From Acidimicrobiales bacterium (GTDB lineage: Bacteria > Actinomycetota > Acidimicrobiia > Acidimicrobiales > CADCSY01): 44,121 nucleotides of DNA. This document shows, piece by piece, positions 7,936 through 17,603 of this stretch. The stretch is taken from the NCBI GenBank assembly GCA_036275955.1, contig DASUCO010000094.1, positions 1 to 44,121 on the forward strand. Direction: 5' to 3'. Position numbers and translations under genes: made by a program. Each line of letters starts with the position of its first letter. Positions within the stretch are counted from its first letter, which is position 1. A model generated the notes under the pieces. That model was not told the origin of the DNA, did not search any database, and saw nothing but the letters and a program-made list of their open reading frames with translations.

Positions 7936-8843
7936 ACCGTCTGCTGGGCGCGCGTGGGCGCGTCGTCCGCCGACGACGCGACCTCCTCGGTCACGGCGGG
8001 GCGCGCACCGGTGCGCTCGTCGTAGGCACGCCGAGCGGGCGAGTGAGCGCCGCGCATCATCAGCGTGTCGCCGCCCATCACCCGCATGACGACGTCCATG
8101 GCCCGGCCCGGGAGCAGGGCGTTGGCCGCGACGAAGGCCGGCATGACGCGCGGGGCGAACACGGCGAAGCGGCCGCGCTCGACCGCCCGGACCACGCGGA
8201 CCGCGACGTACTCGGGCGTCACTGTGGGCAGCAGGGGGTGGGAGTCGACGCCGGAGATCAGCTCGGTGGCCACGAGGCCGGGCATCACGCACGACACCGA
8301 CACGCCGGTGCCGTGCAGCTCGCGGCGCAGCGCCTCGCTCAGGCCGTGGACGCCGAACTTGGTGGCGCAGTAGGTGGAGACGCCCACGAAGCCCATGCGG
8401 CCCGCGGCCGAGGCGACGTTGACGATGTGGCCGCCGCCGTGCGCCCTCATGCGGCGCGCGCCCTCGCGCGAACCGTGCACGACGGCGGTGAGGTTGAGCG
8501 CGATCTGCAGGTCGGCGCGGTCGGGGTCCTCGTCGAGGAAGGAGTCGACCACCATGATCCCGGCGTTGTTCACGAGCACCGCGAGCGGGCCGAGCGTGTC
8601 CTCGACGTCGTCGAGGAAAGAGGCGAAGGCGGCGCGGTCGGTCACGTCGACGCGGCGGCCGATGGCCCCGCCCCCCAGGGAGGCGGCGGTGGCGGCGGCG
8701 AGGTCGCCGTCGAGGTCGCCGATGGCGACACGGGCCCCGCGCTCGCTGAAGGCGCGCGCCATCGCGGCGCCGATACCGCGCCCGCCACCGGTGACGACGA
8801 CGGTGCGGCCCGACAGATCCCGGATCCCTCGGTGGTTCGTCAT
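7932..8843 (-). CDS. Short-chain dehydrogenase/reductase (SDR)
   Basis: Inner part of ORF 7932..9986. Motifs: VTGGGRGIG, NNAG and YCATK. ATG 8843 forms an ATGA overlap with the acyl-CoA synthetase stop. Confidence 0.85.
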   Translation of the reverse strand: MTNHRGIRDLSGRTVVVTGGGRGIGAAMARAFSERGARVAIGDLDGDLAAATAASLGGGAIGRRVDVTDRAAFASFLDDVEDTLGPLAVLVNNAGIMVVDSFLDEDPDRADLQIALNLTAVVHGSREGARRMRAHGGGHIVNVASAAGRMGFVGVSTYCATKFGVHGLSEALRRELHGTGVSVSCVMPGLVATELISGVDSHPLLPTVTPEYVAVRVVRAVERGRFAVFAPRVMPAFVAANALLPGRAMDVVMRVMGGDTLMMRGAHSPARRAYDERTGARPAVTEEVASSADDAPTRAQQTV

Positions 8844-10504
8844 CCGGCCATCTCCTCTGCTGCCAGGTCCCGGAGCGCCCGCTTGAGCACCTTCCCGGTG
8901 GGGTTGCGGGGCATCGCGTCGATGACCCGGATCTCGCGCGGCACCTTGTAGCGCGCGAGGTTCTCGCGCACGAAGAGGCGCAGTGCCTCGCCGTCGACCT
9001 TCTCGCCGGGGGCGGGCACGACGAAGGCGACCAGCCGGTGGCCGTAGGTCACGTCGGGGACGCCGATGACCGACACCTCGCCGACCTCGGCGCGGCGGGC
9101 CAGCAACTCCTCGACCTCGCCGGGGAAGACGTTCTCGCCGCCGGAGACGATCATGTCGTCGTCGCGACCGTCGACATGCAGGCGACCCTCGGCGTCGAAG
9201 TGGCCGACGTCGCCGGAGCTCATCAGCCCGCCGACCATCTCCTTGGTGCCACCGCCGGTGTAGCCGTCGAACTGCATGCCGTTGCCGACGAAGATGCGGC
9301 CCGTGGCGCCCTGCGGAACCTCCCGCCCGTCGTCGTCGAGCAGTCGCACCGTCGTGCCGCGCAGCGGACGGCCCACACAGGCAGGCGCGGCGCGCAGGTC
9401 GTCGGGGCCGGCGATGGTGGCGTAGGCGACCTCGGTGGAGCCGTAGAGGTTGTAGAGCACCGGCCCGACGCGATCGAGGATCCGGGTGGCCAGGGCGGCG
9501 CCGAGCTGCGAGCCGGCCACGAAGACCACCTGCAGGGAGGACAGGTCGCGGCGACGACCGCCGGCCTCCTCGGCCTCCAGCAACCGCTGCACCATGATCG
9601 GCACGGCGATCAGGGCGGTGACGCGGTGGGTCTCGATGTCGTCGAGCAGCGCCTCGGCGTCGAAGCGGCGACGAGTGACGATCGTGCAGCCCAGGGCCAG
9701 GGCGAGCATGGCGTGGGCGAAGCCCAGGGTGTGGAACATCGGTGCGGGGATGGCGGTGACCCCGCGACCGCGGAACGGGATGCGCTCGAGCTGCACGCCG
9801 AAGGGGGCCAGCGACAGAGGCTCCTTGCGCGGCGCTCCCTTGGGGGTGCCGGTGGTGCCGCTGGTGAGCAGCACGAGCTTGGCGTGGGTGCCGGGACGCG
9901 GCGGCGACGACGTCGGGAAGCTCGCGACCAGCCGGTCGAGGGAGGTGACCTCGGCGGCAGCCGCCGGGTCGGGGCCGTCGACCCACGACAGCACGCGGCC
10001 GAGCCGGGGCTCGACGCCGGTGAGCAGGGCCGTGTACTCATCGTCGTGGACGAGCAGGTCGACGCCCTCGCGGCCGCAGACCTCCACCAGCTGCGGACCG
10101 GCGAAGTCGGTGTTGAGCAGCACGATGCGCGCGCCGCAGCGGGCGGCGGCGAAGACGGCCTCGAGGAACCCGCGGTGGTTGCGGGCGAGCACCGCGACGC
10201 CGTCACCGGGCCGCAGCCCGGCGGCACGCCACCCGTTGGCCACCGCGTTGGCCCGGCGGTCGAGCTCGACGTAGGTCAGCCGGCCGCGCTCGTCGACGAT
10301 CGCCGCACCGTCGCCGTAGCGCGCCGCGGCGAGCGAGAGCAGGCCGCCCACGGGGCCGTGGCGCAGGAGGCCCGCGACGATACGCGCCAGGGCGGGCGGC
10401 GGGTCGACGCCCAGCATGCCGGCGCGCCACGCCGCACGCGCGTACGCAGCCTCGTCGACGACACGGTGGGCCGCGCGGGCCGGCAGCCCCAGCAGGCCGC
10501 TCAT
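8840..10504 (-). CDS. AMP-dependent acyl-CoA synthetase/ligase (FadD-type)
   Basis: Inner part of ORF 8840..11323. Motifs: LTSGTTGTPKGA, YGSTE and a GKVLKRAL C-terminus. ATG 10504 forms an ATGA overlap with the aldehyde dehydrogenase stop. Confidence 0.9.
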   Translation of the reverse strand: MSGLLGLPARAAHRVVDEAAYARAAWRAGMLGVDPPPALARIVAGLLRHGPVGGLLSLAAARYGDGAAIVDERGRLTYVELDRRANAVANGWRAAGLRPGDGVAVLARNHRGFLEAVFAAARCGARIVLLNTDFAGPQLVEVCGREGVDLLVHDDEYTALLTGVEPRLGRVLSWVDGPDPAAAAEVTSLDRLVASFPTSSPPRPGTHAKLVLLTSGTTGTPKGAPRKEPLSLAPFGVQLERIPFRGRGVTAIPAPMFHTLGFAHAMLALALGCTIVTRRRFDAEALLDDIETHRVTALIAVPIMVQRLLEAEEAGGRRRDLSSLQVVFVAGSQLGAALATRILDRVGPVLYNLYGSTEVAYATIAGPDDLRAAPACVGRPLRGTTVRLLDDDGREVPQGATGRIFVGNGMQFDGYTGGGTKEMVGGLMSSGDVGHFDAEGRLHVDGRDDDMIVSGGENVFPGEVEELLARRAEVGEVSVIGVPDVTYGHRLVAFVVPAPGEKVDGEALRLFVRENLARYKVPREIRVIDAMPRNPTGKVLKRALRDLAAEEMAG

Positions 10505-12030
10505 CGCGCGCCCGCCTTCACACGCCGGGCCCCGCGGGCGCCCAGCGCCCGCAGGGAGCGCTCGATGAGGATCGCCTTCGCCGGCACGTAGGGGTGCCAG
10601 GCCAGACGGCTGACCAGCGGCTGGTGCACGCGCGAGGTCGTGATCACCTGCGGCCGGCAGAACTTGCGCACACCCGACGCGCCCCCCAGGCGACCACCGA
10701 CACCGGAGGACTTCCAGCCCGCCTGGGGCACCGGGAAGCACGCGAGGTGCATGTTGACGTCGTTGATGTCGACGGCGCCGACCTCGAGGCGGGCCGCCAC
10801 CCGTTCGCCGGCGGCGACGTCGCGGGTCCACACCGAGGCCGACAGCCCGTAGAGCGAGTCGTTGGCCAGACGCACCGCCGCGTCGACGTCCGGGACGCGC
10901 ATGATCGGGATGACCGGGCCGAAGGTCTCCTCGGTCATCACCTCCATGGTGTGGTCGACGTCGACCAGCACGGTCGGGCGCACGTAGCGGCCCTCGCGGC
11001 CGCCTCCGGCGACGACCCGCGCGCCCTTCGCGACGGCGTCCTCGAGGTGGGCCATGACGAGGTCGGCCTGGCCGGCGGTGGTCATGGCCCCGAGGTCGGT
11101 GCCGTGCCCGGTGTCGGCCGTCTGACGGAGCCCGCCCACGAGCTCGACCACACGCGCGACGAAGGCGTCGTGCACAGCGTCCTCGACGTAGACGCGCTCG
11201 ATGGAGGTGCACATCTGGCCGAGGTTGCCGAGGGCGCCGAACACGACACCGCGAGCGGCCAGGTCGACGTCGGCGTCGGCGAGCACGAGGGCCGGATCCT
11301 TGCCGCCGAGCTCGAGACCGCACGGGACGGGCCGGGCCGCGGCGCGCGCGGCGACGAGGCGACCCGTGCGCGTGGAGCCGGTGAACTGCACGTAGTCGAC
11401 GGTGTCGACGACGGCCTCGCCCACCTCGGCGAGGCCGGTCACCGTGGTGAGCACGGCGGGCGCGCCGATCTCACGCCAGCCCGCGGCGACGCGCTGCACG
11501 GCCAGCGGCGTGAACTCCGACGGCTTGAGGACGACGGCCGCTCCGGCGAGCAGCGCGGGCACGGCATCGAAGAGGCCGAGGCCGACGGGGAAGTTCCAGG
11601 GCACGATGACGCCCACGACGGGATAGGGCCGCTGCACGGTGCGCAGCCGGCGGCTGGAGGTGAGCACGCTGTGCGGCAGCGGCCGGTCGGGCGCGAGGAA
11701 GCGGGGCGCGCGCTTGGCGTAGTAGTTCAGCAGGTCCATCGCCATGCCGAACTCGAGGCTGGCCTCGATGCGCGGCTTGCCGGTCTCGGCCTGCAGCAGC
11801 GCGAGGATCTCCTCCTGGTGGTCCCATAGCCAGTCGGCCCATCGGCGCAGCCAGGTGGCGCGACCTACGGGCCCGAGCGCCTCCCAGGTCGGCTGGGCAC
11901 CGCGCAACCCGTCCACCGCGGCGCCGACGTCGGCCGCGGCCAGGCTCGGGACCGTCCCGATGGTCTCCCCCGTGCCGGGGGCGGTGACCGGGATCGCGGC
12001 CGCCCGGTCGAGGGCATCACTTCGCACCAT
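10501..12030 (-). CDS. NAD(P)-dependent aldehyde dehydrogenase
   Basis: Inner part of ORF 10501..12426. Motifs: VPWNFP, ELGGKDP, catalytic-Cys region GQMCTSIER and EETFGPV. ATG 12030 has no SD but has TACCGT 7 nt upstream, a leaderless-type arrangement. Confidence 0.9.
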   Translation of the reverse strand: MVRSDALDRAAAIPVTAPGTGETIGTVPSLAAADVGAAVDGLRGAQPTWEALGPVGRATWLRRWADWLWDHQEEILALLQAETGKPRIEASLEFGMAMDLLNYYAKRAPRFLAPDRPLPHSVLTSSRRLRTVQRPYPVVGVIVPWNFPVGLGLFDAVPALLAGAAVVLKPSEFTPLAVQRVAAGWREIGAPAVLTTVTGLAEVGEAVVDTVDYVQFTGSTRTGRLVAARAAARPVPCGLELGGKDPALVLADADVDLAARGVVFGALGNLGQMCTSIERVYVEDAVHDAFVARVVELVGGLRQTADTGHGTDLGAMTTAGQADLVMAHLEDAVAKGARVVAGGGREGRYVRPTVLVDVDHTMEVMTEETFGPVIPIMRVPDVDAAVRLANDSLYGLSASVWTRDVAAGERVAARLEVGAVDINDVNMHLACFPVPQAGWKSSGVGGRLGGASGVRKFCRPQVITTSRVHQPLVSRLAWHPYVPAKAILIERSLRALGARGARRVKAGAR

Positions 12031-12181
12031 GGGCCGAACGGTAGGAAGCAGCAGGGTGTGACGACCATCGCTTCGCGGGCCACGTGCCTCTCGTTTTCGG
12101 CCACCTGTCGCGGCCGGGACCCCGTCCACCGGGGGCGTCCTACCTGCGCGACGGGACCTCACGCGCGAGAATGGGCCCGAC
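12031..12181. promoter_or_regulatory. Divergent promoter region between the ALDH operon and the AraC regulator
   Basis: 152-bp gap between divergent starts. On the minus strand it reads TGCTTCCTACCGT-7nt-ATG. The 10-mer GTAGGAAGCA (12041-12050) recurs at 18916-18925 in the other AraC-divergent region. Confidence 0.4.
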
Positions 12182-13234
12182 ATGGACGACGACGACCAGG
12201 CCTCGATCAGCACGAACCGCTGGCACCAGCGCCGACCCACCGCGAGCGCCGCGCTGCTGGTCGCGCTCGGTGTCGAGCAAGGCGTGCGGAGCGAGGACCT
12301 CCTGCGCGACACCGGGCTCGACCTGGTGCAGCTGCACGACCCGGCCGCGGAGATCGACGCTGACCAGGAGCTGCGGCTGATCGACAACCTCGTGGCCCAG
12401 GTCGACGTCCCCGACCTCGGCTTCATCGCCGGCGAGCGCTACCACTTCGGTCTGCACGGGATCTGGACGTACGCGGTGATCAACAGCCGCGACCTGCGGG
12501 TGGCGCTGGAGATCGGCACCCGGTACGCCGAGCTCACCTACAGCTTCCTGCGCCCGGCCTTCGTGATCGCGGGCGATGAGGGCCGCATGCACCTCAACCC
12601 GGACGACCTGCCCGCCCGCCTCGTACGATTCCTCATCGAACGCGACCTGCAGGCCGCCAGCGCGGTCTTCCTGGCCCTGACGGGTCTGCCCGGGCTTCCG
12701 GCGAGTTCGGCCCGGCTGCCGTACGCGCGCCCCACCGACGAGCAGCACCTGCAGCGCTACGTCGACCTGCTCGGCGTCGAGCCCGAGTGGGGCACCGGCG
12801 AGTGCTGGCTCGGCTTCCATCCCGCGCTGCTGGACCTGCCGATCCCGTCGGCATCGGCCCGCGCAGCCGCCGACGCCGAGCGGGCCTGCGCGGAGCTGCT
12901 CACCCGACGGCGCCGCCGCAGCGGCTTCGCCGCCGAGGTGCGCGAGGTGTTGGCTCGCGGGCGGGTGACGACCGACCAGGCCGAGGTCGCGGCGACGCTG
13001 CACGTCAGCCTCCGAACCCTGCGTCGGCGGCTGGCCGAGGAGGGCACCACCTACCGCGAACTCGCCCAGGAGACCTGGGGGCTGCTCGCCGAGGAACTGC
13101 TCCGCTCCGGCCTGACGGTCGAGCAGGTGGCCGACCGTCTGGGCTACGGCGGGGCGTCCAGCTTCACGCGGTCGTTCAAGGCGTGGAAGGGCGTCAGTCC
13201 CGGCACCTTCGCCCGCCAGGGCACGGGGACCTGA
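12182..13234 (+). CDS. AraC family transcriptional regulator with N-terminal effector-binding domain (VirS-like architecture)
   Basis: ORF 12182..13234. The C-terminal double HTH reads ATLHVSLRTLRRRLAEEGTTYREL...ADRLGYGGASSFTRSFKAWKGVSPGTF. The gene is divergent from a lipid-type operon. Confidence 0.85.
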   Translation: MDDDDQASISTNRWHQRRPTASAALLVALGVEQGVRSEDLLRDTGLDLVQLHDPAAEIDADQELRLIDNLVAQVDVPDLGFIAGERYHFGLHGIWTYAVINSRDLRVALEIGTRYAELTYSFLRPAFVIAGDEGRMHLNPDDLPARLVRFLIERDLQAASAVFLALTGLPGLPASSARLPYARPTDEQHLQRYVDLLGVEPEWGTGECWLGFHPALLDLPIPSASARAAADAERACAELLTRRRRRSGFAAEVREVLARGRVTTDQAEVAATLHVSLRTLRRRLAEEGTTYRELAQETWGLLAEELLRSGLTVEQVADRLGYGGASSFTRSFKAWKGVSPGTFARQGTGT

Positions 13235-13273
13235 CGGCCCGAACCGCCCCACGGATCGGGTCGGGCCGCCCTG

Positions 13274-14146
13274 TCAGGCCGTGCGCCGCACCTGCTGGTC
13301 GGTGAAGGCCAGCACGGCAGCGGCCACCTCCTCGGGGAACGCGATCTGCGGGCAGTGCCCCCAGTGCCGACGCACGTCGAGCACGCTGTGCGGGATCCGG
13401 GCGTGGACGTACTCGGCCGAGTTGACCGGGATGATCAGGTCGCGCGCGCCGTGAGCCACCAGCACCGGGCAGCGCACGGCGTCGAAGTCGTGGCAGTCGA
13501 TACTCTCCAGCGCCAGTTGGCGGGCCGTGCGCAGCGCCCACGACGGACCGCCGCGGCTCACGACGAAGTCGGCGATGCGCCGAGGGGCGTCACGATCGGT
13601 GGGCCCCCGACCCACCGCCACCGCGGCGGCCGCGACCATGGCACGGCGCACCAGCGGCCGCGGGAGCGGCAGCGGGAGGCCGAGCAGGGCCAGGGGGCCG
13701 ATCCGACGACGCCGGAAGAGTCGGATCAGCGCACGGTCTCCGCAGGAGGGCTCCGAGATCAGGACGACGCCGGCGAGGGGCAGGTCGGTGGACGCCGCCC
13801 GCAGCGCGGCGAGGGCGCCGAGGGAGTTGCCGACGAGCACGACCGGTCCGTCAGCGGCCTCGCGGGTGACGAGGTCGGCGACGAACCGGTCGAGCTGCGG
13901 GAGGATCGGCCCCGGCGCGAGGGCGTCGGCGGACCCGAAGCCGGGGAGGTCGACCGCGACGGCCGACCTCCCCGACCGCGCCAGGGCCTCCAGCACGCCG
14001 GACCAACTCTGGCCGCTGTCGGTGAAGCCGTGCAGCAGCACCACGCGGGGAGTGCCCCCCAGCGCCTCCCAGCGACGCGTCGTCCAGCCGGCGTACCGGG
14101 CTCGGTGAGGTGTCACGTCAGCCTGCGAGCAGGCCCTTGGCGACAT
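13274..14146 (-). CDS. Alpha/beta-fold hydrolase
   Basis: ORF 13274..14146. It has HGFTDSG, the nucleophile elbow GNSLGA, and HWGHCPQ near the C-terminus. An alternative start is GTG 14116, 2 nt after the upstream stop. Confidence 0.8.
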   Translation of the reverse strand: MSPRACSQADVTPHRARYAGWTTRRWEALGGTPRVVLLHGFTDSGQSWSGVLEALARSGRSAVAVDLPGFGSADALAPGPILPQLDRFVADLVTREAADGPVVLVGNSLGALAALRAASTDLPLAGVVLISEPSCGDRALIRLFRRRRIGPLALLGLPLPLPRPLVRRAMVAAAAVAVGRGPTDRDAPRRIADFVVSRGGPSWALRTARQLALESIDCHDFDAVRCPVLVAHGARDLIIPVNSAEYVHARIPHSVLDVRRHWGHCPQIAFPEEVAAAVLAFTDQQVRRTA

Positions 14147-15386
14147 GGGTCACCTGGATCTCGTTGGAGCCGGCGTAGATCATCAGCGACTTGGCGTCAC
14201 GCGCCAACTGCTCCACCCGGTACTCCGCCATGTAGCCGTTGCCGCCGAAGAGCTGCACGGCCTCCATGGCCACCTCGGTGGCGGCCTCGGAGGAGTACAG
14301 CTTGATCGCCGAGGCCTCCGCGAGGTTCGGCATCTTGCCGGCACGCACGTGCTCCAGGGTCGAGAAGACCATGTTCTGCACGTTGATCCGCGCGACCTCC
14401 ATCTTGGCCAGCTTGAGCTGGACCAGTTGGAAGTCGCCGATCGGGTTGCCCCACAGCGTGCGGTTGCGCGCATAGTCGAGGCTGAGCCGGTGGCATTCGT
14501 TGATGATGCCCAAGGCCAGGATCGCGACACCGACCCGCTCGCCCGCGAACGCGTCGCGCACCTCGGCCTTGGCCCCGCCGTCGCCGGCGGTGCCCTCGGT
14601 CTCACCGAGCAGCCGGTCGCGTCCGAGGCGCACGTTGTCGAAGAACAGCTCACCCGTCGGGGAGCTCATCATGCCCATCTTCTTGAACGGCGTGGCCTGG
14701 GTGAAGCCCTCCATGCCCTTGTCGAGCACGAAGGCGAGCACCTTGCGGCGGCGCTTGTCGGCGCCGTCGCCCTCGTCGAGCTTGGCGTAGACCACCACCG
14801 TGTCGGCGTAGGGGCCGTTGGTGATGAAGGTCTTGCGACCGTTGAGCACGTACTCGTCGCCGTCGCGCTTGACGTAGGTCTGCATGCCGCCGAAGGCGTC
14901 CGAACCGGCGTCCGGCTCGGTGATCGCCCACGCACCGATGTGCTCGAACGTGGCGAGCTTCGGCAGCCACCGCTCCTGCTGGGCCAGCGTGCCCTTCTTG
15001 GCGATGGTCGCGGCGCACAGGCCGAGCGAGACGCCGATCGAGGCCACCGTGCCGAGGCTGACGCCGGCCAGCTCCGTGATCACCGCCGCCGCCATGCCCT
15101 CGGCGCCCTGCAGGCCGCCGACACCGGCGGACGCGTCCTTCGAACGCTCCGGCTTGGGCTCGCCCGAGGCCTTGCGCTCCTCGCGGCGGCGCAGCCCCGC
15201 GAAGTACTGCTCGAGGGCCTCGCCGGCCATGACGTCGATGCCGAACGCCGACCAGAAGGCGCGGATGATGTCGTACGGCGGCAGCTCACCGGTCTCGAGC
15301 CGGTCGAGGTTCGGGCGGATCTCCTTGTCGATGAAGTCCCGCGCGGCCTCGCGCATCGCCTCGTCGGTCTCGGACCACGCGATCAT
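14118..15386 (-). CDS. Acyl-CoA dehydrogenase
   Basis: Inner part of ORF 14118..16601. Motifs: WAITEPDAGSD, FITNG and a YAGSNEIQ C-terminal motif. ATG 15386 overlaps the upstream TGA by 1 nt. Confidence 0.9.
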   Translation of the reverse strand: MIAWSETDEAMREAARDFIDKEIRPNLDRLETGELPPYDIIRAFWSAFGIDVMAGEALEQYFAGLRRREERKASGEPKPERSKDASAGVGGLQGAEGMAAAVITELAGVSLGTVASIGVSLGLCAATIAKKGTLAQQERWLPKLATFEHIGAWAITEPDAGSDAFGGMQTYVKRDGDEYVLNGRKTFITNGPYADTVVVYAKLDEGDGADKRRRKVLAFVLDKGMEGFTQATPFKKMGMMSSPTGELFFDNVRLGRDRLLGETEGTAGDGGAKAEVRDAFAGERVGVAILALGIINECHRLSLDYARNRTLWGNPIGDFQLVQLKLAKMEVARINVQNMVFSTLEHVRAGKMPNLAEASAIKLYSSEAATEVAMEAVQLFGGNGYMAEYRVEQLARDAKSLMIYAGSNEIQVTHVAKGLLAG

Positions 15387-16267
15387 CAGTGGCCCCACTT
15401 CTCGATGCCGTCGCGCACCGCGTCGATGGTCCACGGGTCGTCGGTCTCGACGAGGTCGATCGCCGTCCAGCCCTGCAGCCGCTGGATCGAGCCGCCCTGC
15501 ACCGCGTACACCTGGCCGGTGATCGGGCAGTCGGCGGTGGAGAGGTAGGCCACCAGCGGCGAGATGTTGGCCGGGTGGAAGGGATCGATCACGCCCTCCT
15601 CGATGGTCGAGCGCATGATGTCGCCGAAGCCCGGGGTGGCCTCGGTGAGGCGGGTCCGGGCGACCGGCGCGATCGCGTTGGCGCGCACGCCGTAACGCTC
15701 CAGCTCGTCGGCCGCCACCAGGGTGAGGGCCGCGATGGCCGCCTTCGCGGCACCGTAGTTGGCCTGACCCGCGTTGGGCAGGGTCACACCCGAGCCGGAC
15801 GCCGTGTTGAGCACCGACGCGTTCGGCGTCCGACCGGCCTTGGTCTCCGCCTTCCAGTAGGCGGAGGCGTGGCGCAGCACCGAGAAGTGACCCTTGAGGT
15901 GCACCTGGACGACGGAGTCCCACTGCGACTCCTCCATCGTCGGGATGAAGCCGTCGCGCAGGATGCCGGCGTTGTTGACGACCACGTCGAGGCGACCGAA
16001 GTGGTCGACCGCCTGCTCGACGAGGGCCCGGGCGCCGTCCCAGGTGGCGATGTTGTCGGTGTTGGCGACGGCCTCGCCGCCGAGGGCGACGATCTCGTCG
16101 ACGACCTGCTGCGCCGGACCGACGTCGGAGCCGGCGCCGTCGTTGGTGCCGCCGAGGTCGTTGATGACGACCTTGGCGCCCTCGCGGGCGAAGAGCAGAG
16201 CGTGCTCGCGGCCGATGCCGCGACCGGCACCGGTGATCAGGGCGACGCGCCCGTCGAGCTGTCCCAT
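15386..16267 (-). CDS. SDR, MFE-2/HSD17B4-like 3-hydroxyacyl-CoA dehydrogenase type
   Basis: Inner part of ORF 15386..16549. Motifs: ITGAGRGIGR, NNAGILRD and NYGAAKAA. GGAGG lies upstream of ATG 16267. Confidence 0.85.
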   Translation of the reverse strand: MGQLDGRVALITGAGRGIGREHALLFAREGAKVVINDLGGTNDGAGSDVGPAQQVVDEIVALGGEAVANTDNIATWDGARALVEQAVDHFGRLDVVVNNAGILRDGFIPTMEESQWDSVVQVHLKGHFSVLRHASAYWKAETKAGRTPNASVLNTASGSGVTLPNAGQANYGAAKAAIAALTLVAADELERYGVRANAIAPVARTRLTEATPGFGDIMRSTIEEGVIDPFHPANISPLVAYLSTADCPITGQVYAVQGGSIQRLQGWTAIDLVETDDPWTIDAVRDGIEKWGH

Positions 16268-16317
16268 CAGGGAACCTCCGTGGAGTGGGTGGGTTGGAGA
16301 GAGGCGGCAGGTGCGCG

Positions 16318-17175
16318 TCAGCGCACGATCTCGGCCAGGCCGTCGGTGAGCACGACCTTGTCGCCGACGTAGGTCTCGAAGGCGTAGGTGGTGCTGTCGG
16401 CGTCCTGGGCGGTCTGCCAGATGCGGGTGGTGAGGTCCTCCCCGGGGAAGACCATCTTCGAGAAGCGGATCGCCAGCCGGCGCAGCTTCGTGGTGTCGGA
16501 GTCGCCGACCTGCTCGAGCACGCCCCAGGCCGCCATCGCCATCGAGCACAGGCCGTGCGCGATGATGCCCGGCAGGCCGGAGTCCTTCGCGACCTGCTCA
16601 TCGAGGTGGATCGGCATCGGGTCGCCCGAGGCCTCCGAGTAGCGGTAGGTCTGGTCGTCGTCCACGTGGGCGTGGGCGACGGCGGTCGGCTCGGTGTCGC
16701 GCAGGGCGGGGTCGAGCTTGTGGTCGGGCGCCTTCTCCCCGACCGAGCGACCTTCGTCGTGGCCCCGGATGAAGCAGGTCACGATCTGCTCGTTGACGAG
16801 GGAGTCGTGCTCGTCGCGGCACTCGAGGTGCACGATCACGCGGGTGCCGTTGGGCAGGTTCTCGTAGCCGACCACCCGGCCGCGGGCGCTCAGGAGGTCG
16901 CCCGGGCGGATCGCCCGGTGGAAGACGAACTCCTGCTCGCCGTGCACCACGAGGCCGAACAGCCCCGTGGGCACGACCTCGATGACGGGCTCGAGCAGCG
17001 ACTCGAACACCGGCACGATCGCGAAGACGGGGTTGGCGACCTCGCCGGCGCGGTGCGCGGCGATGGGGTCGTTCGTGGCCTCGGCGTACGCGGCGATCCG
17101 CTCGGCCGTGACCTCGAACTTGGTCGGCTCGGTCCAGACGCCGATGCCGGCGTCGTCGAAACGCAGGTCGCTCAT
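16318..17175 (-). CDS. MaoC-like (R)-specific enoyl-CoA hydratase, double hot-dog
   Basis: Inner part of ORF 16318..17835. The C-terminal half carries the hydratase-2-like motif YSEASGDPMPIHLD. ATG 17175 forms an ATGA overlap with the SRPBCC stop. Confidence 0.85.
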   Translation of the reverse strand: MSDLRFDDAGIGVWTEPTKFEVTAERIAAYAEATNDPIAAHRAGEVANPVFAIVPVFESLLEPVIEVVPTGLFGLVVHGEQEFVFHRAIRPGDLLSARGRVVGYENLPNGTRVIVHLECRDEHDSLVNEQIVTCFIRGHDEGRSVGEKAPDHKLDPALRDTEPTAVAHAHVDDDQTYRYSEASGDPMPIHLDEQVAKDSGLPGIIAHGLCSMAMAAWGVLEQVGDSDTTKLRRLAIRFSKMVFPGEDLTTRIWQTAQDADSTTYAFETYVGDKVVLTDGLAEIVR

Positions 17176-17603
17176 GCCAGGGAGGCCAGCTTGTCGAGGC
17201 TGTCGTTGAGGTTCTTCAGGGCGTCCTTCTCGACGGCCTTGGCCAGGGCGCCCACGACGAGCGAGCCCGAGAACGAGGCGTCGATGTCGACCTCGGTGCC
17301 ACCGTCGGCCGCGGGGGCGATGCTGAACTTGAACAGCGCCTTCACGCCGGCCATGCCGGTGCCGGCGATGGTCATGCGCTGCTCCGGGATGATCTCCTCG
17401 ACGGTCCACTCGAGCTTGTTGGCCATGCCGAGCATGACGACCTTCTCGACCAGGCGGGTGCCGACGGTGATCTCGGCCGGCGGCGCCTCGAGCCACCCGG
17501 CGTGGATGGTGAGCCACTGGTCCCAGCCGGCGACGTCGGCGATCTTCTCCCAGATCTTCTCGGGGGAGGCGGGGAGGGTGCGCTTGGTGGTGATCTGGCC
17601 CAT
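17172..17603 (-). CDS. SRPBCC (START/polyketide-cyclase-like) ligand-binding protein
   Basis: Last 143 aa of ORF 17172..18425 (MGQITTKRTLPASPEKIWEKIADVAGWDQW...). AAAGGAA lies upstream of ATG 17603. Confidence 0.75.
   Translation of the reverse strand: MGQITTKRTLPASPEKIWEKIADVAGWDQWLTIHAGWLEAPPAEITVGTRLVEKVVMLGMANKLEWTVEEIIPEQRMTIAGTGMAGVKALFKFSIAPAADGGTEVDIDASFSGSLVVGALAKAVEKDALKNLNDSLDKLASLA

Noticed and set aside
13235-13268. Possible terminator hairpin between the convergent AraC and alpha/beta-hydrolase genes (CGGCCCGA … TCGGGCCG)
   Set aside because: It has only an 8-bp stem, an 18-nt loop and no U-tract. This is too weak to list as a feature.
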